Shown here: piece by piece, positions 10,758 to 20,111 of the stretch
Position numbering within the stretch: position 1 is the first letter of the stretch
Layout of the letters: each line of letters starts with the position of its first letter
Assembly: GCA_963826715.1 (NCBI GenBank)
Contig: CAWGYA010000002.1
Coordinates: 224,001 to 288,000 of the forward strand
Reading direction: 5' to 3'
From: Candidatus Bathyarchaeota archaeon
GTDB taxonomy: Archaea; Thermoproteota; Bathyarchaeia; Bathyarchaeales; Bathycorpusculaceae
DNA: 64,000 bases
Notes under the pieces: model-generated
Database searches by the model: none
Told to the model about the DNA's origin: nothing
Seen by the model: the letters and a program-made list of their open reading frames with translations, nothing else
Made by a program: the position numbers and the translations under genes

Positions 10758-11414
10758 ATGTTTGAAGCGGTTCTATTTGATTGGGATGGGACCCTTGCTG
10801 ATACAAAAAGTGTAATTGTTATTTCCTTCCAAAAAGCACTCAAAGAAATCAATCTCACTGTTTCAGCGCAATATATCGAACGTAGTATGGGGATTGGAGC
10901 AGCTGATACCTTCCGCGATATTTTAAAAGCTGATAGTAGGCGTATTGATGAAAAGGTTGTGGAGAAACTTGTTAAGCGGAAGAGTGAACTACAAATCGAA
11001 TTAGATAGGGATGTGAAGTTGTTTGAGGGCTCTCGTGATCTCCTTGATGAGTTACGGGGCAACTTGAAAATTGGGTTGGCTTCTATGAATAATCGTAATG
11101 TAATTATGGATTTGCTTCAAAATCAGAATTTAACCGACTATTTTGATGTTGTTTTAACTGTTGAAGCCATTTCTTATTCTAAGCCTAACCCAGAAATTTT
11201 TCTAAAGACTGCAAGAGCTCTAAATTCTAGCCCTGTGGGATGTGTGGTTTTTGAAGATTCTATCTTTGGAGTTAAGGCTGCGAAGGCGGCCGGTATGAGC
11301 TGCGTTGCCGTTACAACTGGCGCTTATAATGGTGAGGAACTTGCAGCTGCGAACCCGGATTTGATTGTAGAAAACTTGAAAGACGAAAAAATTTTGTCGT
11401 TTGTTTTAAAATGA
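10758..11414 (+). CDS. HAD-superfamily phosphatase (beta-phosphoglucomutase-like)
   Basis: FDWDGTL, KPNPEIF and FEDS..GV.AA.AAGM. Confidence 0.9.
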   Translation: MFEAVLFDWDGTLADTKSVIVISFQKALKEINLTVSAQYIERSMGIGAADTFRDILKADSRRIDEKVVEKLVKRKSELQIELDRDVKLFEGSRDLLDELRGNLKIGLASMNNRNVIMDLLQNQNLTDYFDVVLTVEAISYSKPNPEIFLKTARALNSSPVGCVVFEDSIFGVKAAKAAGMSCVAVTTGAYNGEELAAANPDLIVENLKDEKILSFVLK

Positions 11415-11507
11415 TAATACCTTGTGATTGTATAGATGCAGTCACATAGTTTTAAACATTTATCAAATACACTATTAATTTATCTTAATCAGTAGGAAGA
11501 AAAGATT

Positions 11508-11774
11508 TTGACACTTTCGAATAAAAAAACCAAGACCGCTCTGTATCAAGTTATGCTTTTAGATAATAACGAGCCCGAAGCTGTTGAAATCCAAGAGGCT
11601 GAGCAAATAAATTTTTGCCAGGTCAAAAAGCATCTAAAAAGTGGTGGGTCAGTCTTTATTACTAGTCGAGCCTCGCAAAAAATCCACCCACCCCAAACCA
11701 GAGCTCAAACGAACTATAATCGCTCCCGAAAAACTCTTGGACTACTCATCCATCAGCGTTTTAGAAGCCAATGA
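11508..11774 (+). CDS. Small hypothetical protein
   Basis: Clean 88-aa ORF filling the intergenic gap, with a GGSVFITS motif. Confidence 0.55.
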   Translation: MTLSNKKTKTALYQVMLLDNNEPEAVEIQEAEQINFCQVKKHLKSGGSVFITSRASQKIHPPQTRAQTNYNRSRKTLGLLIHQRFRSQ

Positions 11775-11848
11775 CTTATAGGTATGCTTCCAAGTTTTCG
11801 GCTGATTGAAACTCTTTTATAAAGCTTAGTTTTGATGAAATAGAGTAA

Positions 11849-13006
11849 TTAGTGGTGTATTTTTCTTAGCGTTTTTGGTATATAGGCACACCGTGGGTCG
11901 GAACCGTAAATGTCGCCGTTATAGAAAAGTGCTGCACTGCGACAGCCGCCGCAGATGTCTTTGTATTCGCAGACACCACATTTGCCCTTCAGGTTCTTCT
12001 TGTCTTTGATTTTGTTAAAGAAGTTGCTTTCTTGCATTTCTTGCCAAATTTGTTTTATCGGTCGGTTTTTGACGTTGCCAATTCGGTATACGTCATTATA
12101 GCTACAGGGGATAACGTCACCATTCTCGGCTATGCTCATGAATTTTCCGAAGAAACATCGACCTAAAAAGAAGCTGTTAAACCAGTTATCAAAATCAGGC
12201 ATACCCCGTTGCTTGGCGACTCTTGCGTAGAAGGGGATGTATACGTTGATGCTTGGAGTTTTTCCGTATTTTTGGGTTAAATCGTAGAGTTTGTTGCATA
12301 TCCATTCATACTGTGCGGGGGTTGGATCAGCTTTTAGGGTGCAGCTATCGCTGCTATAAGGAACAAAACCATGGAAAACGACCCATCGGGCACCATATTT
12401 TTTTGCCAGTTCCAACACATGAACCATGTCTGTCTCGTTTACGTTGGTAACGTCGCCGACGTTGGCAAAGGTGTAAACTAAAACATTTAGTAAATCAGCT
12501 TTTGCGAATCGCTCAATTGCTGAAATTGCCGATGAATATGCGCCTTTTCCGCGGATAGCTTCGTTTGTTTGCTCTGCGCCGTCTATGCTCACTGAGATTT
12601 TTGTCTTGTTTTTGATGATGTTTTTTATGGCTTTCTCATCTATCATGCGCCCGTCGGTTATGATGCTGGTGTTCAAACCAAGTCGTGTAGCATAATCGAG
12701 CACTTCGAATAGGTCTTTTCGAAGAAAGGGTTGGCCGCCTGTGATTCCAAAGAAGCTTGCCCCAAATTCAGCTACTTGGTCAACAATTTGTTTGGCAGAT
12801 TTGGTGTTGACTTCATCTGGAAAAGGGGCTTTGTTTGCTGAAATACAGTGAGCACAGTTACTGTCGCATGCGAAGGTACAACGCCAGGGAACGATTAGAA
12901 GGGGCCCTTTATTTTTCACGGGTTTGTCTCCTTTCATCGATGCTTTACTGAATGCTGCAATATTTGTATTTAATACTTTAGATTTGTTCATGCTTTTTTC
13001 AACCAT
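11849..13006 (-). CDS. Radical SAM/SPASM domain protein (NirJ/Ahb-like)
   Basis: CDSNCAHC (CxxxCxxC), TGGQP and VSIDG, followed by SPASM cysteines PC..KGKCGVCEYKDICGGCR..DPRC. Confidence 0.9.
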   Translation of the reverse strand: MVEKSMNKSKVLNTNIAAFSKASMKGDKPVKNKGPLLIVPWRCTFACDSNCAHCISANKAPFPDEVNTKSAKQIVDQVAEFGASFFGITGGQPFLRKDLFEVLDYATRLGLNTSIITDGRMIDEKAIKNIIKNKTKISVSIDGAEQTNEAIRGKGAYSSAISAIERFAKADLLNVLVYTFANVGDVTNVNETDMVHVLELAKKYGARWVVFHGFVPYSSDSCTLKADPTPAQYEWICNKLYDLTQKYGKTPSINVYIPFYARVAKQRGMPDFDNWFNSFFLGRCFFGKFMSIAENGDVIPCSYNDVYRIGNVKNRPIKQIWQEMQESNFFNKIKDKKNLKGKCGVCEYKDICGGCRSAALFYNGDIYGSDPRCAYIPKTLRKIHH

Positions 13007-13963
13007 TTATTTTAGCTGATAGAGATTACCAACGCTGTTATGGGCTATAGCATCCGGGAAATCTCGCGAAAGAGCTTGGTTTGCACGCCAACCTGTACAA
13101 TGGAAAGGAACAATCAAAATAGGAGAGATACTTTTCAGGTCCTTCATAGTTTCTTCAATGCGGCGTTCGTTTTCTTTTCCAGCCAGATGAAAACCTCCCA
13201 AAACTGCATAGACCTTGGTTACACCTGTGATTTGTTGCGCAAAACGAATTGTGTTTATGATACCAGCGTGAGCGCAACCCGAGATAACCACCAATCCCTT
13301 CCCGAGCAAGTTAAGAATCAAAGCTTGATCGTCTATAATATCTGGATCAGGTATCCATTCACCGTCGATCTGCACTCTATTTTGACTATATCCCAATTCA
13401 AATTTGCTGGTTCTTGGGATTTCACCTGTTACACAAACGCTATCATTGCCGATAAAATAGGGTTGCCTGATGTGTATGATTTTAGTGGATCCAAGCTGAT
13501 ATAAAGTTGGAAATGGGGGATTCTCCCTGATGTTGCCTGATGAATCGGCTGTTCCTCGGGGTTTAAGCACGTTACCGTGGGCAATTAGAGGCAACGCTGA
13601 ATTACCTATGGCTTTAAGCGCTAACTCGAGCCCACCGAAGTGGTCATAGTGCCCATGCGAGAGTACAACAAAATCCACCTCGCTCAAATCCACGCCCATA
13701 CGCTGTGCATTCAAGACTACGCCGTCGGCGCTGATGCCCGCGTCAAAGAGGACACTGAAAACCTCTTCGTCGATATAGCTGCGAACGAGCACTGAGAAAC
13801 CGTGTTCGGCGAGTGGCAGCTGTTGATTGCTTCTCTTAGTCCACTTCCAAAGCGGTACAACCTCTTTTTTGTCTGTACTGGAGAGGTAATCGATACAGTT
13901 GTCCATCAAACTGATGATTTCGATTTTTGAGGCAGCCTTTAACAAGGGGTTATTTGCTCCCAT
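13007..13963 (-). CDS. MBL-fold metallo-hydrolase (MJ0301/COG1237-like)
   Basis: AEHGFS, LFDAG, SHGHYDHFGG, GCAHAG, GGFHL and HCTG. Start moved to ATG 13963 to avoid overlapping the Lrp gene. Confidence 0.88.
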   Translation of the reverse strand: MGANNPLLKAASKIEIISLMDNCIDYLSSTDKKEVVPLWKWTKRSNQQLPLAEHGFSVLVRSYIDEEVFSVLFDAGISADGVVLNAQRMGVDLSEVDFVVLSHGHYDHFGGLELALKAIGNSALPLIAHGNVLKPRGTADSSGNIRENPPFPTLYQLGSTKIIHIRQPYFIGNDSVCVTGEIPRTSKFELGYSQNRVQIDGEWIPDPDIIDDQALILNLLGKGLVVISGCAHAGIINTIRFAQQITGVTKVYAVLGGFHLAGKENERRIEETMKDLKSISPILIVPFHCTGWRANQALSRDFPDAIAHNSVGNLYQLK

Positions 13964-13973
13964 CCTTTTCGCC

Positions 13974-14543
13974 TTAGAGTGTGCCTCGGTAGTTGATGTT
14001 AGTAGGGCAGCCAACGCATTTTTTGGTTTCAAATCGGTTGCACGGGTCGCAGTCCACGTTGCAGGGCGTCATCTTGTTGTTTTTGAGTGGGATATCTTGG
14101 CGGATTTGCAGAAAAGGTGAAAAGTAGGTGTCGCTAACAGGATAGAATTCTGATCGGCGAATGCCCTTGCTACACCTTAGCGAGCATTTCTCAATTGATA
14201 TACTCTCAAGGGTATCTTTGGTTTCCGCCACAACTAGAGCTATCAGATTGTAGCCACCAATGGTTTTGAATATCTGGATTACTCGGGGGCATTCTTTGAA
14301 GCGGTCAAGAAGGTTCTGCATGGCTTCGGCGCTTTCCATCTCTAGCATAACGATGGCTGGATGAAGTTGCAGCGCTTTGGGGTTAACGAGAGCAGTGATT
14401 TTTATTGTTCCATTCTTCTGAAGTTTTTCGAGACGTTTCTTTATGCCCATGCTGGTTAAGCCGATATTTTGGGCTATTTCCTGCAGTGTTGTGCGTCCAT
14501 TAGTTTGGAGTTGTGTGATTATTTTTTTGTCGATTTCATCCAT
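13974..14543 (-). CDS. Lrp/AsnC-family regulator with a Cys-rich C-terminal tail
   Basis: MDEIDKKIITQLQTNGR HTH, a RAM domain (IGGYNL) and the tail PCNVDCDPCNRFETKKCVGCP. Confidence 0.88.
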   Translation of the reverse strand: MDEIDKKIITQLQTNGRTTLQEIAQNIGLTSMGIKKRLEKLQKNGTIKITALVNPKALQLHPAIVMLEMESAEAMQNLLDRFKECPRVIQIFKTIGGYNLIALVVAETKDTLESISIEKCSLRCSKGIRRSEFYPVSDTYFSPFLQIRQDIPLKNNKMTPCNVDCDPCNRFETKKCVGCPTNINYRGTL

Positions 14544-14561
14544 GGGTAATTGCCCCAATTT

Positions 14562-14607
14562 GTTTATTTTCTAAACCAAACATATTAATATAATTTAGTT
14601 ATTAAAC
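14562..14607. promoter_or_regulatory. Paired 15-bp imperfect palindromes, candidate Lrp operator
   Basis: GTTTA-N5-TAAAC (14562-14576) and ATTTA-N5-TAAAC (14593-14607) lie 31 bp apart around an AT-rich core between divergent genes. Confidence 0.45.
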
Positions 14608-14677
14608 TTTTCACAGCTCAATAGTGCGGAAAAATTCAAAACCTGCACGACCGAACCCTAACAAAGAGATGGTAAGA

Positions 14678-15070
14678 ATGAAAATATGTCTAACCTCAAC
14701 TTCAGACAACCTAGAAGCCCAAATAGACCCCCGCTTCGGCAGATGCGCCTACCTACTAATCGTTGACCCAGAAACTATGGAGTTTGAAGTCGTATCAAAC
14801 ATGGCAGCCGCCTCAGGCGGAGGTGCAGGAATCCAAGCCGCACAAACAATCGCAAACAGTGACGTAAAAGTGTTGATAACAGGCAATGTTGGACCAAAGG
14901 CATTTAAGGCATTATCAGCTGCAAGCATCGAAATAATGATGGTAAATTCTGGATCAGTTAGAGAAGTGGTTGAGAAATTTAAAAAAGGCGAATTACAAAG
15001 AGTTGGTTCACCTACTGTCGGTGAACATTTTGGTTCAAATATGCAGAGACGAGGAGTATGGTCACTCTAA
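14678..15070 (+). CDS. NifB/NifX-family (COG1433) protein
   Basis: DPRFGRC, GGAGIQAAQ and ITGNVGPKA. Confidence 0.88.
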   Translation: MKICLTSTSDNLEAQIDPRFGRCAYLLIVDPETMEFEVVSNMAAASGGGAGIQAAQTIANSDVKVLITGNVGPKAFKALSAASIEIMMVNSGSVREVVEKFKKGELQRVGSPTVGEHFGSNMQRRGVWSL

Positions 15071-15103
15071 TCATAAGAAATTGTTGCAATTGGAGGTGAA
15101 AAA

Positions 15104-15478
15104 ATGACTGATAAAATAATCATACCTACAGAAAATAAAGAAGGCTTAAATGCGCCGTTAGGGCAGCACTTTGGACGCGCACCCCATTTCACAATTGTTG
15201 AAATCGACAATGGTAAAGTTACAAATATCGAAATAATGGCAAACACCAGCGAACACATGGGGGGAACAGGCTCTCCACATGACATGCTCACTCAGCTACA
15301 GCCGAAGGCTGTAGTAGTGCATGGAATGGGACCACGGGGCATAATAGCGTTTCAAAGTTCAGGCATCCAAGTCCTCAAAGCAAACGTAAATACCGTCAAA
15401 GAAGTAATTGAAGCATATACAAAAGGCAAACTCCCAGAGCTAACCGAAGGATGCCCAGATGCACACCACCATCATTAG
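15104..15478 (+). CDS. NifB/NifX-family (COG1433) protein with a C..HHHH tail
   Basis: HFGRAP.F, GMGPRG and C-terminal GCPDAHHHH. Confidence 0.88.
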   Translation: MTDKIIIPTENKEGLNAPLGQHFGRAPHFTIVEIDNGKVTNIEIMANTSEHMGGTGSPHDMLTQLQPKAVVVHGMGPRGIIAFQSSGIQVLKANVNTVKEVIEAYTKGKLPELTEGCPDAHHHH

Positions 15479-15531
15479 AAGCAAAGTTTTCAATAGATCT
15501 TCCTTTTTTCTTTAAAATTGAGGGATAAGGT

Positions 15532-16371
15532 TTGATTGTAACGGTTGCAAGCGGCAAAGGAGGCACAGGCAAAACATCTGTAGCGGTGAACATGGCGCTT
15601 TCGCTGGGCTGTGTGCAGTTCCTAGACTGCGATGTCGAGGAACCAAACGCGCACCTGCTTTTAAATTCCGATAAAATAAGAACTCAGCCAGTCCATTTAG
15701 CAGTCCCTAATATCAACATAGCACTATGTAACCACTGCGGAGCCTGCGCTAAATTTTGCCGCTACAACGCCCTCCTATCCCTAAAAGACGAAGTCCTAAT
15801 TTTCCCTGAACTCTGCCACAGCTGCGGCGGTTGCGTGCGGGTGTGCCCCCAAAAAGCCATCAGTGAAGAAGACCACCACATCGGAACCCTCAGCTTCGCA
15901 TCAGCCGACGGCGGCATATCGCTGGTGTACGGCGAATTGGAAGTTGGCAAACCGTTGGCGGTGCCAGTCATAAGAGCTGTAAAAAAACAAATCGATATAA
16001 CCAAAGATGTCATCGTAGATTCCCCGCCGGGCACCTCATGTTCCTTTGTGGAAACTGTGAGGGGGAGCGACTTCTGCATCTTAGTAACCGAACCCACCCC
16101 GTTTGGGCTCCATGACCTCTCAATTGCCGTGCAGGCGCTACGAAAAATGACGGTTCCTTTCGGCGTGGTGGTGAACCGCGCAGGCATCGGCGACCGAAAA
16201 ATATACCAGTACTTGCAACAAGAAAACATTGCTCTGCTGATGGAAATTCCCTACGACCGTAAAATCGCAGAGTACTACTCAAAAGGAATCCCTTTCAGCA
16301 CAGAGATGCCCCAGTGGAAAACCAATTTCCAAGCGCTCTTCAAAAACATTCGGGAGAAGATACAAAAATGA
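15532..16371 (+). CDS. MinD-superfamily P-loop ATPase with inserted ferredoxin domain
   Basis: SGKGGTGKT, DCDVEEPN, two CxxCxxCxxxC motifs, DSPPG and VTEPT. Confidence 0.9.
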   Translation: MIVTVASGKGGTGKTSVAVNMALSLGCVQFLDCDVEEPNAHLLLNSDKIRTQPVHLAVPNINIALCNHCGACAKFCRYNALLSLKDEVLIFPELCHSCGGCVRVCPQKAISEEDHHIGTLSFASADGGISLVYGELEVGKPLAVPVIRAVKKQIDITKDVIVDSPPGTSCSFVETVRGSDFCILVTEPTPFGLHDLSIAVQALRKMTVPFGVVVNRAGIGDRKIYQYLQQENIALLMEIPYDRKIAEYYSKGIPFSTEMPQWKTNFQALFKNIREKIQK

Positions 16372-17228
16372 AGCAACTCACGGTTTTAAGCGGCAAAGGA
16401 GGCACAGGCAAAACCTCGCTGACAGCTTGCTTTACAGTTCTATCTAAAGAGGCTGTTGTGGCAGACTGCGACGTGGACGCGCCAGATTTGCATATGCTTT
16501 TGCACCCTGAAATCTTAGAGACACAACGGTTTAGCGCCTCCAAAGTCGCAGTCATAGACAAAAGCAAATGCACCAAATGTGGCGCCTGCAAGGAAGCCTG
16601 CCGATTCGACGCCATAACGGACGCGGCAGAGGTGGATGCGGTGATATGTGAAGGCTGCACGGTCTGCACCTTAGTTTGCCCCGCAGACGCAATATCTTTG
16701 ACGGAGAGAACCTCTGGAAATGCGTACATCTCAAAAATCCCTCAGGGCTTTATGTCACATGCACTACTCTTTCCAGGCGAAGCTAACTCTGGCAAACTAG
16801 TCACGATAGTAAGACAAAACGCTAAGGTCATCGCAAAGAAAGAAAACATCGACCTCGTAATAATTGATGGTTCTCCAGGTATCGGTTGTCCCGTCATAGC
16901 CTCCATTTCGGGTGTAGATGCAGCTTTGTTAGTAACTGAACCGACTCTTTCAGGAATACATGACCTGGGTCGCGTTCTGCAGTTGCTCTGTCACTTTAAA
17001 GTGGCAGCTTTCGTCTGTATAAATATGCACGACATAAACCCCTCGAACACCGAAAAAATTGAGGAATTCTGCAAAATGCATGGCGTTGAAACGGTTGGCA
17101 GAATCCCCTTCGACCCCAAAGTAACCCAAGCTATGGTTAACGGCAAAACTATCATTGAATATGCGCCAGAATGCTGTTGCGCCGAGACAATTGGGTTAAT
17201 TTGGAAAAACCTGAATCTACGCTTCTAA
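16368..17228 (+). CDS. Second MinD-superfamily P-loop ATPase with inserted ferredoxin domain
   Basis: SGKGGTGKT, DCDVDAP, two CxxCxxCxxxC motifs and DGSPGIGCP; ATGA overlap with the preceding gene. Confidence 0.9.
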   Translation: MKQLTVLSGKGGTGKTSLTACFTVLSKEAVVADCDVDAPDLHMLLHPEILETQRFSASKVAVIDKSKCTKCGACKEACRFDAITDAAEVDAVICEGCTVCTLVCPADAISLTERTSGNAYISKIPQGFMSHALLFPGEANSGKLVTIVRQNAKVIAKKENIDLVIIDGSPGIGCPVIASISGVDAALLVTEPTLSGIHDLGRVLQLLCHFKVAAFVCINMHDINPSNTEKIEEFCKMHGVETVGRIPFDPKVTQAMVNGKTIIEYAPECCCAETIGLIWKNLNLRF

Positions 17229-17724
17229 AAGGGTATATTGGTAAAAAAGGACTTTACTTAGGTTGAGATTGATGAAGGCCGTTTATCGGTTTTGTTGTTT
17301 TGCGTGGTTATGGGGTTTTTTGTTTTTTCACTTCTTGGGTCGTGGTTTGGGTTGGTTTTTTGATTTGGTTTGTTTTTTAGCTGTGTTTTGGTTGTGGGGA
17401 GCTTGGTTTTTGTTCACTTCTTGCATGGTTTGGTTAGGTTGTGGAAGTGAGAAATGTTGAGTTTGCTTTATTGTATTTGCTGGTTACAAAATATTGCTTT
17501 TAGAGAAGCTTCGAAAAATAAGTTTTTCTGAGCGTTCTTCTTCTTTTCAAAGTTTAAAAAAATTGAGCCTATGTTGGCGGATTTGGGCCCAGGTTTTGGA
17601 GTTTTTTGAGAAAATGAGACTATCGCATCATTAAGAAAACTGTGCAAACCCCAAGCTAAACCAGTAAAGCCGAAAGCAAACTTAAAATTTTGCTAACAAC
17701 GTCAGGTACTGTAAGTGAATCGTT

Positions 17725-18141
17725 ATGGCGAAAATCATCAAAGGAAGCGCAAAACTTCTCGAAAACACCCGTTTAGTCGTAGATAACAGTCGTGGACATA
17801 GCGTAATCTGCGATTTACCTGAAGCTCAAGGCGGAACAAACACGGGACCTACTCCGTTGGAACTTGCTCTGATGTCCTTGGCAGGCTGCGGTGTAGTCAT
17901 CTATGCGGGTGTTTGCAAAAATAGCAAAATCGACCCGGGTATAATAGAAGTTAATGTGGAAGCAGAAAAAGGCCCTGATTCGCCTATATTAACAGGTGTA
18001 ACTATGAAAGTTAAAATATCCTCTAAGGTTCGCAGGCCACTTGTAGAAGCTGCTTGGCGTCGAACTGAAGCTAGTTGTCCTGTAGTCTTTATTTACAAAG
18101 ATCAAGTCCCTGTTAAAGTGGAATTAGAGATCACCGAGTAA
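17725..18141 (+). CDS. OsmC family protein
   Basis: GG.N.GPTP.EL.L.SLAGC and a second Cys in ASCPV. Confidence 0.85.
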   Translation: MAKIIKGSAKLLENTRLVVDNSRGHSVICDLPEAQGGTNTGPTPLELALMSLAGCGVVIYAGVCKNSKIDPGIIEVNVEAEKGPDSPILTGVTMKVKISSKVRRPLVEAAWRRTEASCPVVFIYKDQVPVKVELEITE

Positions 18142-18330
18142 TCTGATTTTTTTTATTCTTCTTTTATTTTGTAGGTTAGGAAGTATTTTTAAGGCAGCAA
18201 GCTCAAAAAAGCCTGGTAGTCAACCAAAATCCTAACAGAGCCCTTTTGCCTTATGCGCTGAGCAGAGTCTATTTTATGTTCGGCTTTAATTGTATAAAAA
18301 TGCTGGGTTGGAAGCAAAAAATTCCAAACG

Positions 18331-18744
18331 CTAAGTTTCTTCTTTTTCGGCTGAGTAGAGTTCGCCCTTCTTTAGAATATCCAGTGCTCTCTGGGTTTCC
18401 GTAGAAGAGAGTCTGCAGGTTTTGGGGTCATCCAAAAATGGCAATTCTGCTGGTGCATTTTTAATGACATGTAGGCTTTCCCATGTAACTTTGATGTCTT
18501 CGGAGGGAATATGAGTCTCAACATCCATGGCCCAAGTACCAGAGTCCAGCTCTTTGCCGCCCTCGGTCAAAGCTGTAAAAGGACCTAGCAAAGTTTTATC
18601 ATCGGAATTGTAGAGAAAAATCACTGAGCCTTCTTTGATTCTTTCGTTGGGTTTAGACTGGTTTTCAGCACAACCGTAATGTTTGGTGCTTAGGCATCTC
18701 TGAAGGCTAGTTTTGTTGCAATAAAACACGTATCCATCATACAT
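18331..18744 (-). CDS. DCD (development and cell death)-like / PUA-EVE-related domain protein
   Basis: GYVFYCN...C....YG...I.EG..IFLYN.....L.G.F.A...GG..LD..TW matches the remembered DCD pattern. Start placed at ATG 18744. Confidence 0.65.
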   Translation of the reverse strand: MYDGYVFYCNKTSLQRCLSTKHYGCAENQSKPNERIKEGSVIFLYNSDDKTLLGPFTALTEGGKELDSGTWAMDVETHIPSEDIKVTWESLHVIKNAPAELPFLDDPKTCRLSSTETQRALDILKKGELYSAEKEET

Positions 18745-19105
18745 AACAAGGAAACCTCTGTTATTTGAGAGTTGAGAGGTGTCGGCGCTTATTTCTGTTT
18801 TGCTTGGACACCGCAATAAGAGCTTTAATTTTAGCTTGCGATTTATAGATATTGATACAGTAAATTGAACGTCAATTAGTAATACTCAAATAATTTTTGA
18901 GTAATTACTAATTTGTCGGCATTTGTTTGTTTTGTTGTTGAACACAAATTTTCCTTAATTAACAAAAAAAGCTCAAAAACGTATATGTCCTGTTGTTTGT
19001 TTTGAGATTTTAACTTATATTTACACGTATATGTGTAGAACAGTATTATAGGTTAACATTGTAAAAGTATATTCTAAACGTTGATATATATCGTATATCA
19101 AAAGG

Positions 19106-19567
19106 GTGAATTGGGCAATGGCACAGCAATTAGAAATCAATGAGTTTGACGTTGAATTTTATTTTAATTCTGAAATGCCTTCAGTCTATGTTGAAACAAA
19201 AAATTATTCATCTAATTTGAATTTTAATAATAACTTTAATTCGCTCCTACTTGAAGCAATTGACGAAGGGTTAGCTATTTTGGGGATTCCTGCTAGAAAT
19301 ACGTTATATGCAAGGTTAGAGCGTAATTTTGGAGTAGAGAAAAACCAGATTCCCGAACATTTTGACAGATTCTTAGACATTATGTACAAGATTGTAGGGA
19401 TGGGCGTTCATCGAATAGAAACGCAGATACTAAAGATCCTTAAGAACAAACTTGAGATTAAAGCTAACTTGATTTGTTGCAACTCAAGCGATTGGATTAG
19501 TCAGGATTTATTTAAAGAATCTGTTGAAAGTTTACGACAGAAATACCTCGAACAATTTGTCGATTAA
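19106..19567 (+). CDS. Hypothetical helical protein (DUF3227-like)
   Basis: LLEAIDEGL..LG..LE..FG..IP..F...I.G.G..IE pattern, common in TACK signalling neighbourhoods. Confidence 0.6.
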   Translation: MNWAMAQQLEINEFDVEFYFNSEMPSVYVETKNYSSNLNFNNNFNSLLLEAIDEGLAILGIPARNTLYARLERNFGVEKNQIPEHFDRFLDIMYKIVGMGVHRIETQILKILKNKLEIKANLICCNSSDWISQDLFKESVESLRQKYLEQFVD

Positions 19568-20111
19568 TAAAATCCAACTAAGCCTAAGAGTGTGAAAAAG
19601 AAATAATTACCCATTTAGGGGTCATTTCCATGTCTACGAGATTAAATGAATTTAGATAGTGCTTCTAATAGATCTTCGAGTCATTTTGTACTATCTTCAG
19701 ACGCAGCAGCTTCTTGTTGCATTTTTCCACGTGGTCTTCTAATACAATAAGAATGCTGTGTTTAGAGCTGCACATATAGCGGCTACCGATAGGAGGATTT
19801 CTGGTGGTGGCTTGTCTTTTTCAACCATTTTTTTTAAGTTCATGTACATAAACTTCGATTCGGGATAGGTGATCTGTGACCTCTTTTCGTCTTTTATGAT
19901 AGCTTCGTTCGTGGAACATTCTTATCCCATCAAAGGAGATATCAAAAAATTGATTTTGCTGTATCAAATTCACTGCGTGAAAAGAAGAATAAATGACAGA
20001 AGAGAAAGACCGTTAAATCGTTCTTACAGCGGCAACTCAATAAGATATTAAAAAAGAGAATTTAGAAATTGCGTTTTCTAAAAAATCAGTTTACAATTTC
20101 ATTAATCTCGC

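Noticed and set aside
17240-17460. G/T-skewed low-complexity tract and its 65-aa hydrophobic ORF
   Set aside because: There is no repeat unit; the F/W/L/G content follows from the base skew.
18975-19040. ACGTATATGT repeated twice, once within a near-palindrome
   Set aside because: It could be an operator, but it is short and AT-rich with no regulator to assign.
19620-20051. Fragmentary ORFs between the DUF3227-like gene and cbiO
   Set aside because: No coherent reading frame or recognisable family.
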